64,000 nucleotides of DNA from Bacillota bacterium (GTDB taxonomy: Bacteria; Bacillota; Sulfobacillia; DUMF01). Positions 41,926 to 52,135 of this stretch are shown here, piece by piece. Location of the stretch: the NCBI GenBank assembly GCA_012840015.1, contig DUMF01000012.1, positions 3,807 to 67,806 on the forward strand. The letters are read 5' to 3'. The translations under genes and the position numbers were made by a program. The notes under the pieces are model-generated. The model saw only the letters and a list, made by a program, of their open reading frames with translations, ran no database searches and was not told where the DNA came from. The number at the start of each line of letters is the position of its first letter. Position 1 is the first letter of the stretch.

Positions 41926-43041
41926 TCACTGCATCCTTAGTGGCATCAACACGTATCGGTAATCATTCGACTTCTCAGAGGCTGGCGCGTGAACCAGCGC
42001 TTTCGAAGCGGGACCTGTCAGTATGAGAGCAACCTTCTCCTCTCCGGCTGCTTTTATACCTTCAATGAGGTAACGCGCATTAAAAGAGATTCTCATCAAG
42101 TCGCCTGACACCGTTGCGGGAAGCTCTTCTTTGGCGCTCCCAACTTCTTGTGATCTTGACCCCAGCACTATCTTTTCCGGCTGAACCTCGATTAGCACCG
42201 CTTTGTCTGGATCCTTGCTAAACAAGGATACGCGTTCCAGAGCCGACATGAAACTTGCGCTGTCCAATTCTATTTTCGTGCCTTGTTCGAATTTCATTAT
42301 TTCCTTGTATGCTGGGAATTTCCCTTCAAGAGTCCTGCTGGTAACCTTATAATTGCCTGCTATGAACCCAACTTTCCTATCCGAGAACTCGAGCTCCACA
42401 CTTTCTTTTTCTGCTGCCAACCTCGCCACATCATTCAATGTCTTAGCCGGCACTACAGCCAGAAGTTCCTTTGGCGGAGCGCTACCTGGATCGATGCGGT
42501 TGTATGCAAGTCTGACGCCATCAATCGCCGCCATGGACAGCCACTGGTTTTCCCAGGAAATAGAAACCCCCGTCATTACTTCTCTGGACTGGTCCGTAGA
42601 AGCGGCAAAGCTAGTGCTGGTAACAAGCCTTCGGAAATCTGCCGAACTCAGTTGCACTTTATACTCGTACGATTGAGGTCCTTCAGTGGGTATGGGAGAT
42701 TCTGGGGAAAGCACATTAAGATTGTATGACGAGTTCCCTTGACTGATGGATAGGAATCCGTGTTCTTGATCCATGGAAAGCAAAAGTGAGCCAGGCGGCA
42801 GTCTCCTCACGACTTCAGAGAATATCCTGTACGGTATCAGGCTTTCGCCTGTCTCTATGATTTCAGCTGAGAGGTGGCACTCAAATGAGTGGTCGAAACT
42901 GCCGCATGAGATGTAGACCTCGTTTCCTTCAGCAAGCAAACGTACAGCCGGAGGGATGTTGGAGAGAGTCGTGTTGGGTGTGAAGTATGAGGCGGCCTGT
43001 AGTGCTTCGGTAAGTGTAGTTTGCGCTATGAGAAGTCTCAT
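41926..43041 (-). CDS. dnaN: DNA polymerase III subunit beta (sliding clamp)
   Basis: 371 aa with three-domain beta-clamp architecture, immediately downstream of dnaA. Confidence 0.95.
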   Translation of the reverse strand: MRLLIAQTTLTEALQAASYFTPNTTLSNIPPAVRLLAEGNEVYISCGSFDHSFECHLSAEIIETGESLIPYRIFSEVVRRLPPGSLLLSMDQEHGFLSISQGNSSYNLNVLSPESPIPTEGPQSYEYKVQLSSADFRRLVTSTSFAASTDQSREVMTGVSISWENQWLSMAAIDGVRLAYNRIDPGSAPPKELLAVVPAKTLNDVARLAAEKESVELEFSDRKVGFIAGNYKVTSRTLEGKFPAYKEIMKFEQGTKIELDSASFMSALERVSLFSKDPDKAVLIEVQPEKIVLGSRSQEVGSAKEELPATVSGDLMRISFNARYLIEGIKAAGEEKVALILTGPASKALVHAPASEKSNDYRYVLMPLRMQ

Positions 43042-43272
43042 GTGAGTTGCCTCCTTCTAGTTATTTTGAAAACAGAAAGTAGTCATAGTAGTAGGAGGGG
43101 AGTAGTTGTTGATAAGGTTTGAAATCGCAGCGGCCGAAGGGAGCCGGGGTGTGCATAGACGTGTGGAAAGGGATAGGGGGCTATCAACACATTCACAGGC
43201 TTTGTCCTGGTCGATGTAGATTGTGGATCAAGTAGGCGTTTTTCCACCGGAAATTCACTCCTTTTCCCCGGT
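43042..43272. promoter_or_regulatory. dnaA-dnaN intergenic region with DnaA-box-like sites and AT-rich stretch (second part of a bipartite oriC, incC-like)
   Basis: TGTGGATCA at 43223..43231 and TGTGGAAAG at 43163..43171. AT-rich stretch ttctagttattttgaaaacagaaagtagtcatagtag next to the dnaN start. Confidence 0.5.
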
Positions 43273-44688
43273 TCAATGAGCTGTCTTCCTCTTAAGTGTA
43301 TGTGTAAGACTTTCGATGGTCTCGGCTAGTGCGGGATCGTGACGAAGTTGCTCGGAGATCTTGTTGAATGCGTGCAATACGGTAGTGTGGTCCCTGCCGC
43401 CGAAATGCTGACCAATTACAGGGAGGGACGCGTCGGTAAGCACTCTACAAAGGTACATTGCGACCTGGCGTGGGAATGCGACCGAACGGTTGCGTTTCTT
43501 GTCAGTTAGATCCTCCGGGGAAAGAGAGTAATAGGAAGCCACTGCTTCTTGGATCATAGAGAGCGTTATGGTCGCTTTGGAGTCAGGAGGCACCAGGTGC
43601 TTCAGTGCTTCAATCGTCAAATCGATATCGACGGGCTTCGAGTTCATGGAAGCGTAAGCAACGACGCGTATCAGTGCACCTTCGAGTTCCCGGATGTTCG
43701 TCTCAATGCGAGAAGCTATGTAATGGATGACGTCGGGAGGAACATCGACCCCGTCGAGAGCCGCTTTGTTACGAAGAATGGCGATGCGGGTCTCGAGATC
43801 GGGAGGCTGAATATCGCATATGAGGCCCCACTCGAAGCGTGTGCGAAGCCGCTCCTCCAAAGTGGCGATTTCGCGTGGCGGCCTGTCGCTCGAAATAACG
43901 ATCTGCTTATTGGCGTGATGGAGGGCATCAAAGGTATGGAAGAATTCTTCCTGCGTGCCCTCTTTGCCCGCGAGGAATTGAATGTCGTCTATCAAGAGGA
44001 TGTCCACGTTTCGATAGCGGTTACGGAACTCCATTGTGTCGCGTTGCCTGATTGCCATAATGAGTTCGTTGGTGAAAGTCTCTGAGGAAACGTAGACTAC
44101 TTTGATATTGGGATAATTCAGTTGCGAGTAATGGCCAATAGCCTGCATGAGATGGGTCTTGCCGAGGCCCACTCCGCCGTAGATGAAAAGAGGGTTATAT
44201 GCCTTGGCAGGCTCCTCGGCGACTGCAAGGCAAGCCGCATGAGCGAGGCGATTGGATGGACCTACGACGAAAGTGTCGAAGGTGTACTTTGGGTTTAGTC
44301 GTTGTCCATGGTAGTCGCAAGGCTGTGCTGCTTGCGGTGCTGCCTGCGTGCAGGGCTGGCACGTAGCAGCGAGTTCAGGCAGGACAGGCGCTTCTTGGTC
44401 CTCCTGCGATGCGGGCGAGTCATTGCTTCGTGGAGAAATCACGAATTTCACATTGAAGCTTCTTCTTGAGGTGGTTTTTAGCGCTTCGCGAAGCTGCTCG
44501 GAATAATGGCTTTGGACCCATTCGCGGGCAAAATCGTTTTGTAAGCCTATTACGAGGGTATCGCCGTAAAGGGCCAGAGGCTTACTCTGCTTGAGCCAGG
44601 TGTCGAAACTTGGCTTCAAGATTTGAGTTTGGACGTAGTGTAAGGCTCGATCCCAGAGTTGTTCAAGTTCAGAATCCATGAGTACCAC
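43273..44688 (-). CDS. dnaA: chromosomal replication initiator protein DnaA
   Basis: AAA+ Walker A GGVGLGKTHL, DnaA signature, C-terminal HTH; 471 aa. Confidence 0.95.
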   Translation of the reverse strand: MVLMDSELEQLWDRALHYVQTQILKPSFDTWLKQSKPLALYGDTLVIGLQNDFAREWVQSHYSEQLREALKTTSRRSFNVKFVISPRSNDSPASQEDQEAPVLPELAATCQPCTQAAPQAAQPCDYHGQRLNPKYTFDTFVVGPSNRLAHAACLAVAEEPAKAYNPLFIYGGVGLGKTHLMQAIGHYSQLNYPNIKVVYVSSETFTNELIMAIRQRDTMEFRNRYRNVDILLIDDIQFLAGKEGTQEEFFHTFDALHHANKQIVISSDRPPREIATLEERLRTRFEWGLICDIQPPDLETRIAILRNKAALDGVDVPPDVIHYIASRIETNIRELEGALIRVVAYASMNSKPVDIDLTIEALKHLVPPDSKATITLSMIQEAVASYYSLSPEDLTDKKRNRSVAFPRQVAMYLCRVLTDASLPVIGQHFGGRDHTTVLHAFNKISEQLRHDPALAETIESLTHTLKRKTAH

Positions 44689-45033
44689 CCTTTAGAGTAG
44701 AATGTGGGTTTAAACACGTATTTTCTCAGCCTTGCATAACCGTATTTCGGATCGGAGGCAAAACAACTTGAAAACAAAGGGCCTCGGTTCCTTCAAAACC
44801 CCGGAGACTCGCGAAGACGTTTATAAGAAATTAACTTTTTATTCACAGGTTTATCAACAAGATGTGGATAATAGCACAAAACGCCGGGTTCCCCGGCGGT
44901 GAGCGCACCAATACTATACCAGATGAGGAAGGCTACCGACAAGACGGACTGTGGATAGTTTCCTTGACTGGAGGAATAGGCGGTGGATATAATCTTTTTG
45001 CATTGTTAGCTGGAATCTAACGGGGGTAGAGGT
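44689..45033. promoter_or_regulatory. oriC DnaA-box cluster and dnaA/rpmH promoter region
   Basis: TTATTCACA 44839..44847, TTATCAACA 44851..44859, perfect TGTGGATAA 44863..44871, TGTGGATAG 44949..44957. Sigma-A-like TTGACT (44963..44968) - N18 - TATAAT (44987..44992) in front of rpmH. Confidence 0.75.
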
Positions 45034-45171
45034 ATGAAACGAACGTGGCAACCGAAAGTTCGGAGGAGATTGAGGGTGCATGGCTTCCGTGCTAGGATGC
45101 GCACAAAAGGTGGACGAAACGTTCTCAAACGACGAAGAGCGAAAGGCCGGAAGCGGCTGTGTGTAGCCTGA
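45034..45171 (+). CDS. rpmH: 50S ribosomal protein L34
   Basis: [45 protein letters not shown], 45 aa, below the ORF-track cutoff. GGTAGAGG RBS. Confidence 0.95.
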   Translation: MKRTWQPKVRRRLRVHGFRARMRTKGGRNVLKRRRAKGRKRLCVA

Positions 45172-45224
45172 AGAATACGCGGGTAGAAGGAACTGTCGCG
45201 TCAGGGCATTGGGGGCGTTCGTGA

Positions 45225-45554
45225 TTGGGCGGAGCTGGCCGAATAAGGAAGACATGGGAGTTCCGCAAAGTGTTTCGCAACGGACGCAAGCGGGTAGGCA
45301 AAAACCTGAGCGTGTGGGTGTTGGAGGGACAGGGTGACCGCAGGCTAGGGGTGATCATTCCGAAAAGCACAGCCGCGAACGCCGTGAGCAGGAACCGGCT
45401 CAAAAGGGTAATACGTGAGAGCTGGAGGAAGCAAGCGGATAGGCTAGCTGAGGATGCCTGGGTAGTGGTCAGTGTACGAAGGGGAGCTGGGAGAGAGCTA
45501 GACCTCGTGGGTGAGTTACAGGAAGCTCTGGAGGAATGTCATGTCGCGAAGTAG
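45225..45554 (+). CDS. rnpA: ribonuclease P protein component
   Basis: …EFRKVFRNGRK…, basic ~110-aa protein directly after rpmH. TTG start. Confidence 0.85.
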   Translation: MGGAGRIRKTWEFRKVFRNGRKRVGKNLSVWVLEGQGDRRLGVIIPKSTAANAVSRNRLKRVIRESWRKQADRLAEDAWVVVSVRRGAGRELDLVGELQEALEECHVAK

Positions 45555-45777
45555 CATGGAAGTGATCGCGGTACGGGTTGCGGTGTGGTGCATTAAGGCA
45601 TACCGGCGATGGCTGAGCCCGCTTAAGCGGCCCTGTTGTAGATATTATCCGAGTTGCTCGAGCTACGCCATAGAAGCACTGGAGAAATATGGTATAGTTA
45701 AAGGAGCCGGCATGGCCGTATGGAGGGTGTTGAGATGTAACCCTTTCGGCAGAGGTGGCTACGATCCAGTGAGGTAG
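45541..45777 (+). CDS. yidD: membrane protein insertion efficiency factor YidD
   Basis: …YRRWLSPLKRPCCRYYPSCSSYAIEAL…, YidD signature. Overlaps rnpA by 14 nt. Confidence 0.85.
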   Translation: MSRSSMEVIAVRVAVWCIKAYRRWLSPLKRPCCRYYPSCSSYAIEALEKYGIVKGAGMAVWRVLRCNPFGRGGYDPVR

Positions 45778-45805
45778 GGCAGGCTGCGTCCTTGGGGGGA
45801 TTAAG

Positions 45806-46432
45806 TTGTCGTTTTTGGCCGAAGTAATGATGAAAGGGATCGAGGTGCTGTACCAGCTTACCTCCAGCTACGGTCTGGCGGTCATCTTGTTTACAGTGGT
45901 TCTACGGCTAGTACTGCTTCCTCTGAGCATTTCTCAGACGCGGTCCATGCTGAAGCAGCAGGAGTTGCAACCGCTCATCAACCAGATTCAGAAGAAATAT
46001 AAGAACGATCCCAAGAAAATGAATGAGGAGCTGGCGGCGCTCTTCAAAGAAAACAAGGTAAACCCCTTGGGCAGTTGCCTTATGCTGCTGATACAGTTTC
46101 CGTTCTTGATCGCTTTCTTACAGGCGCTGGAGAGGTATGAACCGTTGAAGGATGCGGTGTTCCTGGGGATCACCCTGGGGCAGCCGGAGAAAGTGGTCCT
46201 CCCTGTGCTCGCCGGTCTGACGACTTTCATCCAGTTCAAAGTAAGTATGCCTGCTGGCGAGTCGGGGCAGGGGGCCATGCTTTACGTATTCCCGCTCGTG
46301 ATTTGGTGGATGGCCATGCGGTTTGCGGCAGCGCTTTCGTTATATTGGGTTGTGAGCAACATCTGGAGCATTGGGGAGCGCTTTTTGCTGCCAAAGCCGC
46401 GTGTTAGGAAAGAGGAGGCTAAGGGGACATGA
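45806..46432 (+). CDS. yidC: membrane protein insertase YidC/SpoIIIJ (short Gram-positive form)
   Basis: 208 aa with five TMs and the conserved YidC/Oxa1 core. Confidence 0.85.
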   Translation: MSFLAEVMMKGIEVLYQLTSSYGLAVILFTVVLRLVLLPLSISQTRSMLKQQELQPLINQIQKKYKNDPKKMNEELAALFKENKVNPLGSCLMLLIQFPFLIAFLQALERYEPLKDAVFLGITLGQPEKVVLPVLAGLTTFIQFKVSMPAGESGQGAMLYVFPLVIWWMAMRFAAALSLYWVVSNIWSIGERFLLPKPRVRKEEAKGT

Positions 46433-47052
46433 GGGCTGTTGAAAAAAGAGGTCGCTCCGTGGAGGAAGCGGTCTCTGCGGCCTTGGCGGAACTCGGGTTA
46501 ACTAGGGACGAGGTGGATATCGAGGTAGTTGAGGAGCCCAGTAAAGGGTTGTTCGGGTTTCTTGGGGGGCGAGAAGCAGTTGTTAGGGTCAGGGAGAGGG
46601 AAAGCAGGATCAGCAGGTGCAAGCGTTTCGTTGAGGATATTTTCAGGGCGATAGGCGTGGATGCCGATGTGCAGGTGAGGGAGAGTGAGGAGTACCTGTA
46701 TATCGAAGTTAAGGGGGAGTCGGCCGGAGCCCTGATAGGCCATAGAGGTAGGGCGTTGGACGCGTTGCAGTATTTGATTAACTTATCTGTGGGTAGAGAT
46801 GATCAGGATAAGAGGAAAGTAGTGCTCGACATAGAGGAGTATAGAAAACGGCGTGAAGAGACCCTGAGACGGGTGGCGAGTAGGGCAGGAGAAAGAGTAA
46901 AACGTACCAGGAGACCGGTTGCACTGGAGCCAATGAGCGCGGCTGAAAGGCGTGTCGTACATATGGCGCTGCAGGGAGATCCCGAAGTGAGCACTCACAG
47001 CGAAGGGGACGAACCGTACAGGCACGTGGTAATCAGTCTGAAAAGGGGTTGA
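46429..47052 (+). CDS. jag: RNA-binding protein Jag/KhpB (KH + R3H domains)
   Basis: N-terminal Jag_N, KH, C-terminal R3H (…RRVVHMALQGDPEVSTHSEGDEPYRHVVIS). Confidence 0.85.
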   Translation: MRAVEKRGRSVEEAVSAALAELGLTRDEVDIEVVEEPSKGLFGFLGGREAVVRVRERESRISRCKRFVEDIFRAIGVDADVQVRESEEYLYIEVKGESAGALIGHRGRALDALQYLINLSVGRDDQDKRKVVLDIEEYRKRREETLRRVASRAGERVKRTRRPVALEPMSAAERRVVHMALQGDPEVSTHSEGDEPYRHVVISLKRG

Positions 47053-47118
47053 GCCTCTAAAGCGTAAGGGTCTCTTACCGGTGGTTGCGCGGCGGCCACC
47101 GGTTTTTGGTATTAGTGG

Positions 47119-48528
47119 GTGGTGAGAAGTGTGCGCGGACCAAATGAGGAGGATACCATCGCTGCTATAGCTACTCCCCCGGGCGAAGGGGGGATAGGCA
47201 TTGTGAGGATCAGTGGAGTACGAGCGTTTGAGATAGGTAGGCGGGTCTTCCGGCCAGCGCGGAAAGGTTTTTGGGAAGAGCGGGGTTGGCGGGTAGGCCT
47301 GGGAAGTGCAGTGAAGGACTCCGGTGAGGTGCTGGATGAGTGTGTTGCGGTGGTAATGCCTGCGCCGCGCAGTTATACGAAGGAAGACGTGCTCGAAATA
47401 CAATGTCATGGTGGCCAGGCGGTTCTGGGGATGGTGCTGGAGACTGTACTGAATCTAGGGGCGAGATTGGCAGAGCCTGGGGAGTTCACGCAAAGGGCAT
47501 TCCTGAACGGCCGGATAGACCTTGCGCAGGCAGAAGCGGTAATAGACTTGGTAAGGGCTCAAACGGAGACTGCACTGAGAGTAGCGGTGGATCAGCTAAG
47601 GGGTTCCCTGTCCCGCAGGGTTAGAAAGCTTCGGCGCGGTTTGGTGGATATGCTGGCGTCGATTGAAGGGTCGATAGATTTTCCAGAGGACGAGGTGCCT
47701 GAGCCCGAGAGGCCGCAGTTGATCGAAGATATCCAGCGGATTATAGGAGAGATCGACGAATTGCTGAGTTCGGCCAGGCAGGGGATAATCGTTCGAGAGG
47801 GCTTGAAGGTGGCCATCGTAGGTAAGCCTAACGTGGGTAAGTCATCGCTGATGAACGCCTTACTAGGGGCGGAGAGGGCGATTGTAACGGATTTGCCGGG
47901 CACGACGCGCGACGTCGTGACTGAAGTGGCGGATATCAACGGCGTGGCGGTCACACTAGCCGATACCGCTGGTATCAGGGATACGAAGGACGTAGTCGAA
48001 GGGGTTGGCGTGGAGAGAGCGGTGGGTCAGGCGCGAGCGGCGGATTTGGTGCTGCTGGTTGTGGACGATCAAACGGGCTTGACTGCGGAAGATTGGCAGG
48101 TCCGGGAAATAGTATCGGAGGCTCTGAAGGGCGAAAGGGGATTGGTGGTAGTCAACAAGATAGACGCTGGGCGTGGTATGGTGCGGGCCGAAGAAGCCAG
48201 CCGGCTGGGGTTTGGCAGCCCAGTTGTTAGGGTCTCCGCAAAGACCGGTGCGGGGTTAGACGAGCTCAAGAGGCAAATCGTACGTAAGACGCTTCAGTCT
48301 GAGCAGGTGGGAAGCGGCTTAGTCACGAGGGTGAGACATAAGCGCGCGCTGGAGGAGGCGCGAGAGGTGTGTGTTCGTGTAGAAGAAGAGCTGAAGGGCG
48401 GGGACCCGCTGGACTTGGTTTGCGTGGAGCTGCGTGAGGCAGCGGAAGTGATCGGGAGGATTACTGGTGAGAATGTTACGGAGGACGTTATCGACCAGAT
48501 TTTCAGCACGTTTTGTGTTGGGAAGTGA
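47119..48528 (+). CDS. mnmE: tRNA modification GTPase MnmE
   Basis: G-domain GKPNVGKSSL…DTAG…NKID and C-terminal CxGK (TFCVGK). Confidence 0.95.
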   Translation: MVRSVRGPNEEDTIAAIATPPGEGGIGIVRISGVRAFEIGRRVFRPARKGFWEERGWRVGLGSAVKDSGEVLDECVAVVMPAPRSYTKEDVLEIQCHGGQAVLGMVLETVLNLGARLAEPGEFTQRAFLNGRIDLAQAEAVIDLVRAQTETALRVAVDQLRGSLSRRVRKLRRGLVDMLASIEGSIDFPEDEVPEPERPQLIEDIQRIIGEIDELLSSARQGIIVREGLKVAIVGKPNVGKSSLMNALLGAERAIVTDLPGTTRDVVTEVADINGVAVTLADTAGIRDTKDVVEGVGVERAVGQARAADLVLLVVDDQTGLTAEDWQVREIVSEALKGERGLVVVNKIDAGRGMVRAEEASRLGFGSPVVRVSAKTGAGLDELKRQIVRKTLQSEQVGSGLVTRVRHKRALEEAREVCVRVEEELKGGDPLDLVCVELREAAEVIGRITGENVTEDVIDQIFSTFCVGK

Positions 48529-48536
48529 GCGTTTAT

Positions 48537-50417
48537 ATGTTTGATGCTGGTGAGTACGACGTGGTGGTGATCGGCACGGGCCATGCGGGCTGCGAGGCGG
48601 CACTGGCGTGTGCCCGCTTGGGGTTCCGTACGCTGGCACTAACGGTGAATCTGGATAATATCGCTTTGATGCCCTGTAACCCTTCTGTGGGGGGGCCTGG
48701 GAAGGGTCACCTTGTACGCGAGATCGACGCCCTTGGGGGGGAGATGGGCTTGAACACGGACAGGGCAATGATACAGGTCAGGACCCTCAATACCGGAAAG
48801 GGGCCTGCAGTTCAGGCCTTGCGTGCTCAGTGCGATAAGCGGAAGTATCACATCGAGATGCGCAAGGTGCTCGAGGCGCAGGAGGGGCTAGTGGTAAAGC
48901 AGGGAATGGCTGTAGAGGTAGCCTGCGACTCGGGGCGAGTTACGGGAGTGGTAACGCGGGGCGGTGCGAGGTACGCTGCGCGTGCCGTGATAATCACGTC
49001 AGGGGTGTATATGAACAGCAGGGTAATTACGGGGGAAGTGGCGTACGAGGCTGGGCCACAGGGTCAGCTTGCGGCGAAAGGACTTTCGGAGTGTTTGGTG
49101 CGACTGGGATTTGAATTGGGCCGCTTCAAGACGGGGACGCCGGCACGGGTTGATCGGGATAGCGTCGATTTCAGTGTTATGACTCCGCAGGAAGGGGATG
49201 CTGAACCCTCGTTCTTTTCGGTGATGACCCCCCAGCACGAGCTGAAGCAGGTGCCGTGTTACCTTACGTGGACGAACGAGAGAACTCATGAGATTATCAG
49301 GCGGAACCTTCACAGGGCCCCTCTTTATTGCGGGGTGATAAAGGGGCGAGGCCCGCGCTACTGTCCTTCGATTGAGGATAAGGTGGTGCGATTTGCAGAT
49401 AAGCCGAGGCACCAGGTGTTCCTCGAGCCGGAGGGGCTGGAAACGAGAGAGGTTTACTTGCTAGGACTGTCGACGAGTCTGCCTGAGGACGTGCAACTGG
49501 AGATGATTCGCAGTATTAGGGGGTTGGAAGAGGCGGAGATCGTGAGGCCGGGCTACGCGATAGAGTATGATTATGTTAAGCCCTACCAGTTGCAGCCGTG
49601 GCTGGAAAGCAAGAGGGTGAGAGGTCTCTTCTTCGCGGGGCAGGTGAACGGGACTTCCGGTTACGAGGAGGCGGCGAGTCAAGGCATCGTGGCGGGAATA
49701 AACGCGGTACGTTTCCTGCGAGGCGAGGAGCCTGTCGTGCTAAGTCGGGCCCAGGGGTATATAGGCGTTCTGATAGATGATTTGATTAACAAGGAGATCG
49801 ATGAGCCTTACCGCATCATGACGGCGCGGGCAGAATACAGGATATCCCTCCGGACGGGCACGGCAGAGATGAGGCTGACCGAGCTAGGGAGAAAAATCGG
49901 GCTTGTTTCGGATGAACGTTACCGTCGGTACCTGGATTTCGTTGAGAAGTTGCGCGGCGCGCGCGGGTTAAAGGACTATGTAATGACGGATCTTGAAAAA
50001 GTCAATGAGCTGCTAAGGAAGGCCGGAAGTTCGCCGGTCCAGGGACGTGTAACTGTGGGTACGCTGTTGCGGAGGCCAGGTGTGACGTACGAGGCTTTGA
50101 GAGCCATTGATGCGTCTCTTCCAGCGCTCGAGAGGAGTGTGCGCGAGGAGTTTGAGACGGAGATACGGTACGAAGGCTACATCGAGCGGGAGCGAGCGCA
50201 GGTGGAGAGGTTTCACAGGCAGGAGCGAAAGCTGTTGCCTGCAGATTTGAACTACGATGAGGTAGTGGGCTTGTCGACGGAGGGAAGGGAGAAGTTGAAG
50301 AAGATACGCCCGCTTTCGATAGGACAGGCGATGCGGGTGGCGGGCATTTCGCCTGCAGATATCGCAGTACTGCTGATTTATCTTGAGCGAGGGCGGCGTG
50401 GAGCTCGTGCGGGATGA
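48537..50417 (+). CDS. mnmG: tRNA uridine 5-carboxymethylaminomethyl modification enzyme MnmG
   Basis: MFDAGEYDVVVIGTGHAGCEAA FAD-binding N-terminus; 626 aa. Confidence 0.95.
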   Translation: MFDAGEYDVVVIGTGHAGCEAALACARLGFRTLALTVNLDNIALMPCNPSVGGPGKGHLVREIDALGGEMGLNTDRAMIQVRTLNTGKGPAVQALRAQCDKRKYHIEMRKVLEAQEGLVVKQGMAVEVACDSGRVTGVVTRGGARYAARAVIITSGVYMNSRVITGEVAYEAGPQGQLAAKGLSECLVRLGFELGRFKTGTPARVDRDSVDFSVMTPQEGDAEPSFFSVMTPQHELKQVPCYLTWTNERTHEIIRRNLHRAPLYCGVIKGRGPRYCPSIEDKVVRFADKPRHQVFLEPEGLETREVYLLGLSTSLPEDVQLEMIRSIRGLEEAEIVRPGYAIEYDYVKPYQLQPWLESKRVRGLFFAGQVNGTSGYEEAASQGIVAGINAVRFLRGEEPVVLSRAQGYIGVLIDDLINKEIDEPYRIMTARAEYRISLRTGTAEMRLTELGRKIGLVSDERYRRYLDFVEKLRGARGLKDYVMTDLEKVNELLRKAGSSPVQGRVTVGTLLRRPGVTYEALRAIDASLPALERSVREEFETEIRYEGYIERERAQVERFHRQERKLLPADLNYDEVVGLSTEGREKLKKIRPLSIGQAMRVAGISPADIAVLLIYLERGRRGARAG

Positions 50418-51165
50418 GGCATGTGTGGGGGAAGATCGTGAGCAGTTCGTTCGTGCAGTTGTGGAGGCCGCGAAGCCCTTAGGGATCTTTGTGAGTGCGG
50501 AAGCGGCCGAACGGATGTACGATCATTTTCAGCTTGTGAGGGAATGTAACGAGGTTTGCGGTCTGACCAGCGTAGTAGCTACCAGGGATGGAGCTGTAAA
50601 GCACTACGTGGACAGTCTGACCGTGGTGAATGTGATGGGCGATTTAGGCGTGGGGTTAGGCGTGGGGCGGTTTGTTGACGTGGGAAGCGGAGCTGGGTAT
50701 CCGGGCTTGGTTGTGGCTATTCAGTTGGGAATTGGCTCTCTGGCGCTAATTGAGGCGAACGAGAAGAAGGCGGGCTTTCTGGCGAGGTGCGTGCGTGAAC
50801 TCAGGATGCGCGGTTTGGTTGTGCCTGAACGGGCGGAGGAAGTTGGGCGAGGGCCGTGGAGGGAGACTTTCGATGCGGCTTTAAGTAGGGCCGTGGGAGG
50901 GCTTCCCAGCGTTCTGGAGGTGACGGCGCCACTCGTGAGGCGGGGCGGTGTCGTTATTGCCATGAGAGGCCGGAAGGGTGTAGAAGAGGCGGGTGAAGCC
51001 AAGAGGGCAGCGCTGGAGCTCGGGTTAGAGATGGAGAAAGTGCTCCGGCTCGAGCTCCCGGGCGGCTATGGGGAGAGGGTAGTTCTGGCTTTCCAGAAGG
51101 CGAGGTCTACACCTGAGAAATATCCGAGGCGCAGCGGCGTTCCTTTCAAGCGCCCTTTAACATAA
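50383..51165 (+). CDS. rsmG: 16S rRNA (guanine527-N7)-methyltransferase RsmG
   Basis: …NEVCGLTSV…VDVGSGAGYPGL… SAM-MTase. Start is uncertain: ATG at 50383 overlaps mnmG; an in-frame GTG lies near 50428. Confidence 0.85.
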   Translation: MSEGGVELVRDEACVGEDREQFVRAVVEAAKPLGIFVSAEAAERMYDHFQLVRECNEVCGLTSVVATRDGAVKHYVDSLTVVNVMGDLGVGLGVGRFVDVGSGAGYPGLVVAIQLGIGSLALIEANEKKAGFLARCVRELRMRGLVVPERAEEVGRGPWRETFDAALSRAVGGLPSVLEVTAPLVRRGGVVIAMRGRKGVEEAGEAKRAALELGLEMEKVLRLELPGGYGERVVLAFQKARSTPEKYPRRSGVPFKRPLT

Positions 51166-51231
51166 TCCGGGGAAGGTTTTGGCGGGCATTCTGTCGAATT
51201 AAACGCTAGCTGGTAAGCTCTGGTAAGGCGG

Positions 51232-52131
51232 GTGAGCCACTTGGCGGGTGGTTTGCGCCGAATCATGGCAGGATTGATTGAGAAGGGCGGCGGAGGGTCG
51301 GTTCAAGAGGTACCGGTCGACTCGCTCATATTCAGTACCTTTCAGCCCAGAACGCAGTTCGACGATGAGGCGTTGCAGGAGTTGGCGGCGTCTATAAAGG
51401 AACATGGAGTTCTTCAGCCCATCGTGGTGCGGCGGGTGGGAGCGGGGTACGAGGTTATCGCGGGGGAACGGCGCGTGAGAGCGTGCAAGCTTGCAGGGGT
51501 AAGCAAGGTGCCTGCGGTGGTTCGGGAGGTGGGGGATGAAGAGACCGCCGTTTTAGCGTTGGTGGAGAACTTGCAGAGGAGCGACTTGAGCGCTATTGAG
51601 GAGGCGACCGGGTACCAGCGGCTGATGGAGCAGTTCGGGTGGTCGCAGCAGGAGGTAGCGCAGAAGGTTGGAAGGAGTCAGTCGTCTGTAGCAAATAAGC
51701 TGCGACTATTGAGGCTTCCGCAGAAGGTGAGGGAGGGTATTGCCGCCGGTGTGATTGGGGAGAGGCATGCTCGGGCGCTGCTCAAGCTGGCGTCCGAGGC
51801 GGAACAGGTGCGGCTGTTTGAGCTTGCTGCGGCGGAGCGGTGGACGGTGGAGAGGCTGGAGGCCGAGGTGGAAAGGGTGGCGGGAGGGGACGAGCTTGCT
51901 CGGTGGAAGAATGAGAGGAGAGAGGGCACTGGCGGGCTGAGGGGCGCGAGGAAGATTAGGGTTGTGCGCGACATCAGGATTTTCTTGAATTCGTTCAGGC
52001 AAATCTTTCGGGAGTTGAAGAAGAGCGGGGTTAGTGCAGTACTTGAGGAGAAAGAGGAAGATGGATGTATTGAAGTTTTGGTGCGAATAGAGCTGGGGCA
52101 AGGGAGCAAAGCGAGATCTGTGCAGGGGTGA
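51232..52131 (+). CDS. noc: ParB-family nucleoid occlusion protein Noc
   Basis: ParB N-terminal box (…GVLQPIVVRRVGAGYEVIAGERRVRAC…) plus HTH. Position upstream of soj-spo0J. Start could be ATG at 51265. Confidence 0.8.
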   Translation: MSHLAGGLRRIMAGLIEKGGGGSVQEVPVDSLIFSTFQPRTQFDDEALQELAASIKEHGVLQPIVVRRVGAGYEVIAGERRVRACKLAGVSKVPAVVREVGDEETAVLALVENLQRSDLSAIEEATGYQRLMEQFGWSQQEVAQKVGRSQSSVANKLRLLRLPQKVREGIAAGVIGERHARALLKLASEAEQVRLFELAAAERWTVERLEAEVERVAGGDELARWKNERREGTGGLRGARKIRVVRDIRIFLNSFRQIFRELKKSGVSAVLEEKEEDGCIEVLVRIELGQGSKARSVQG

Positions 52132-52135
52132 GTAA

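Noticed and set aside
46783-47409. 208-aa minus-strand ORF
   Set aside because: Antisense to jag and mnmE.
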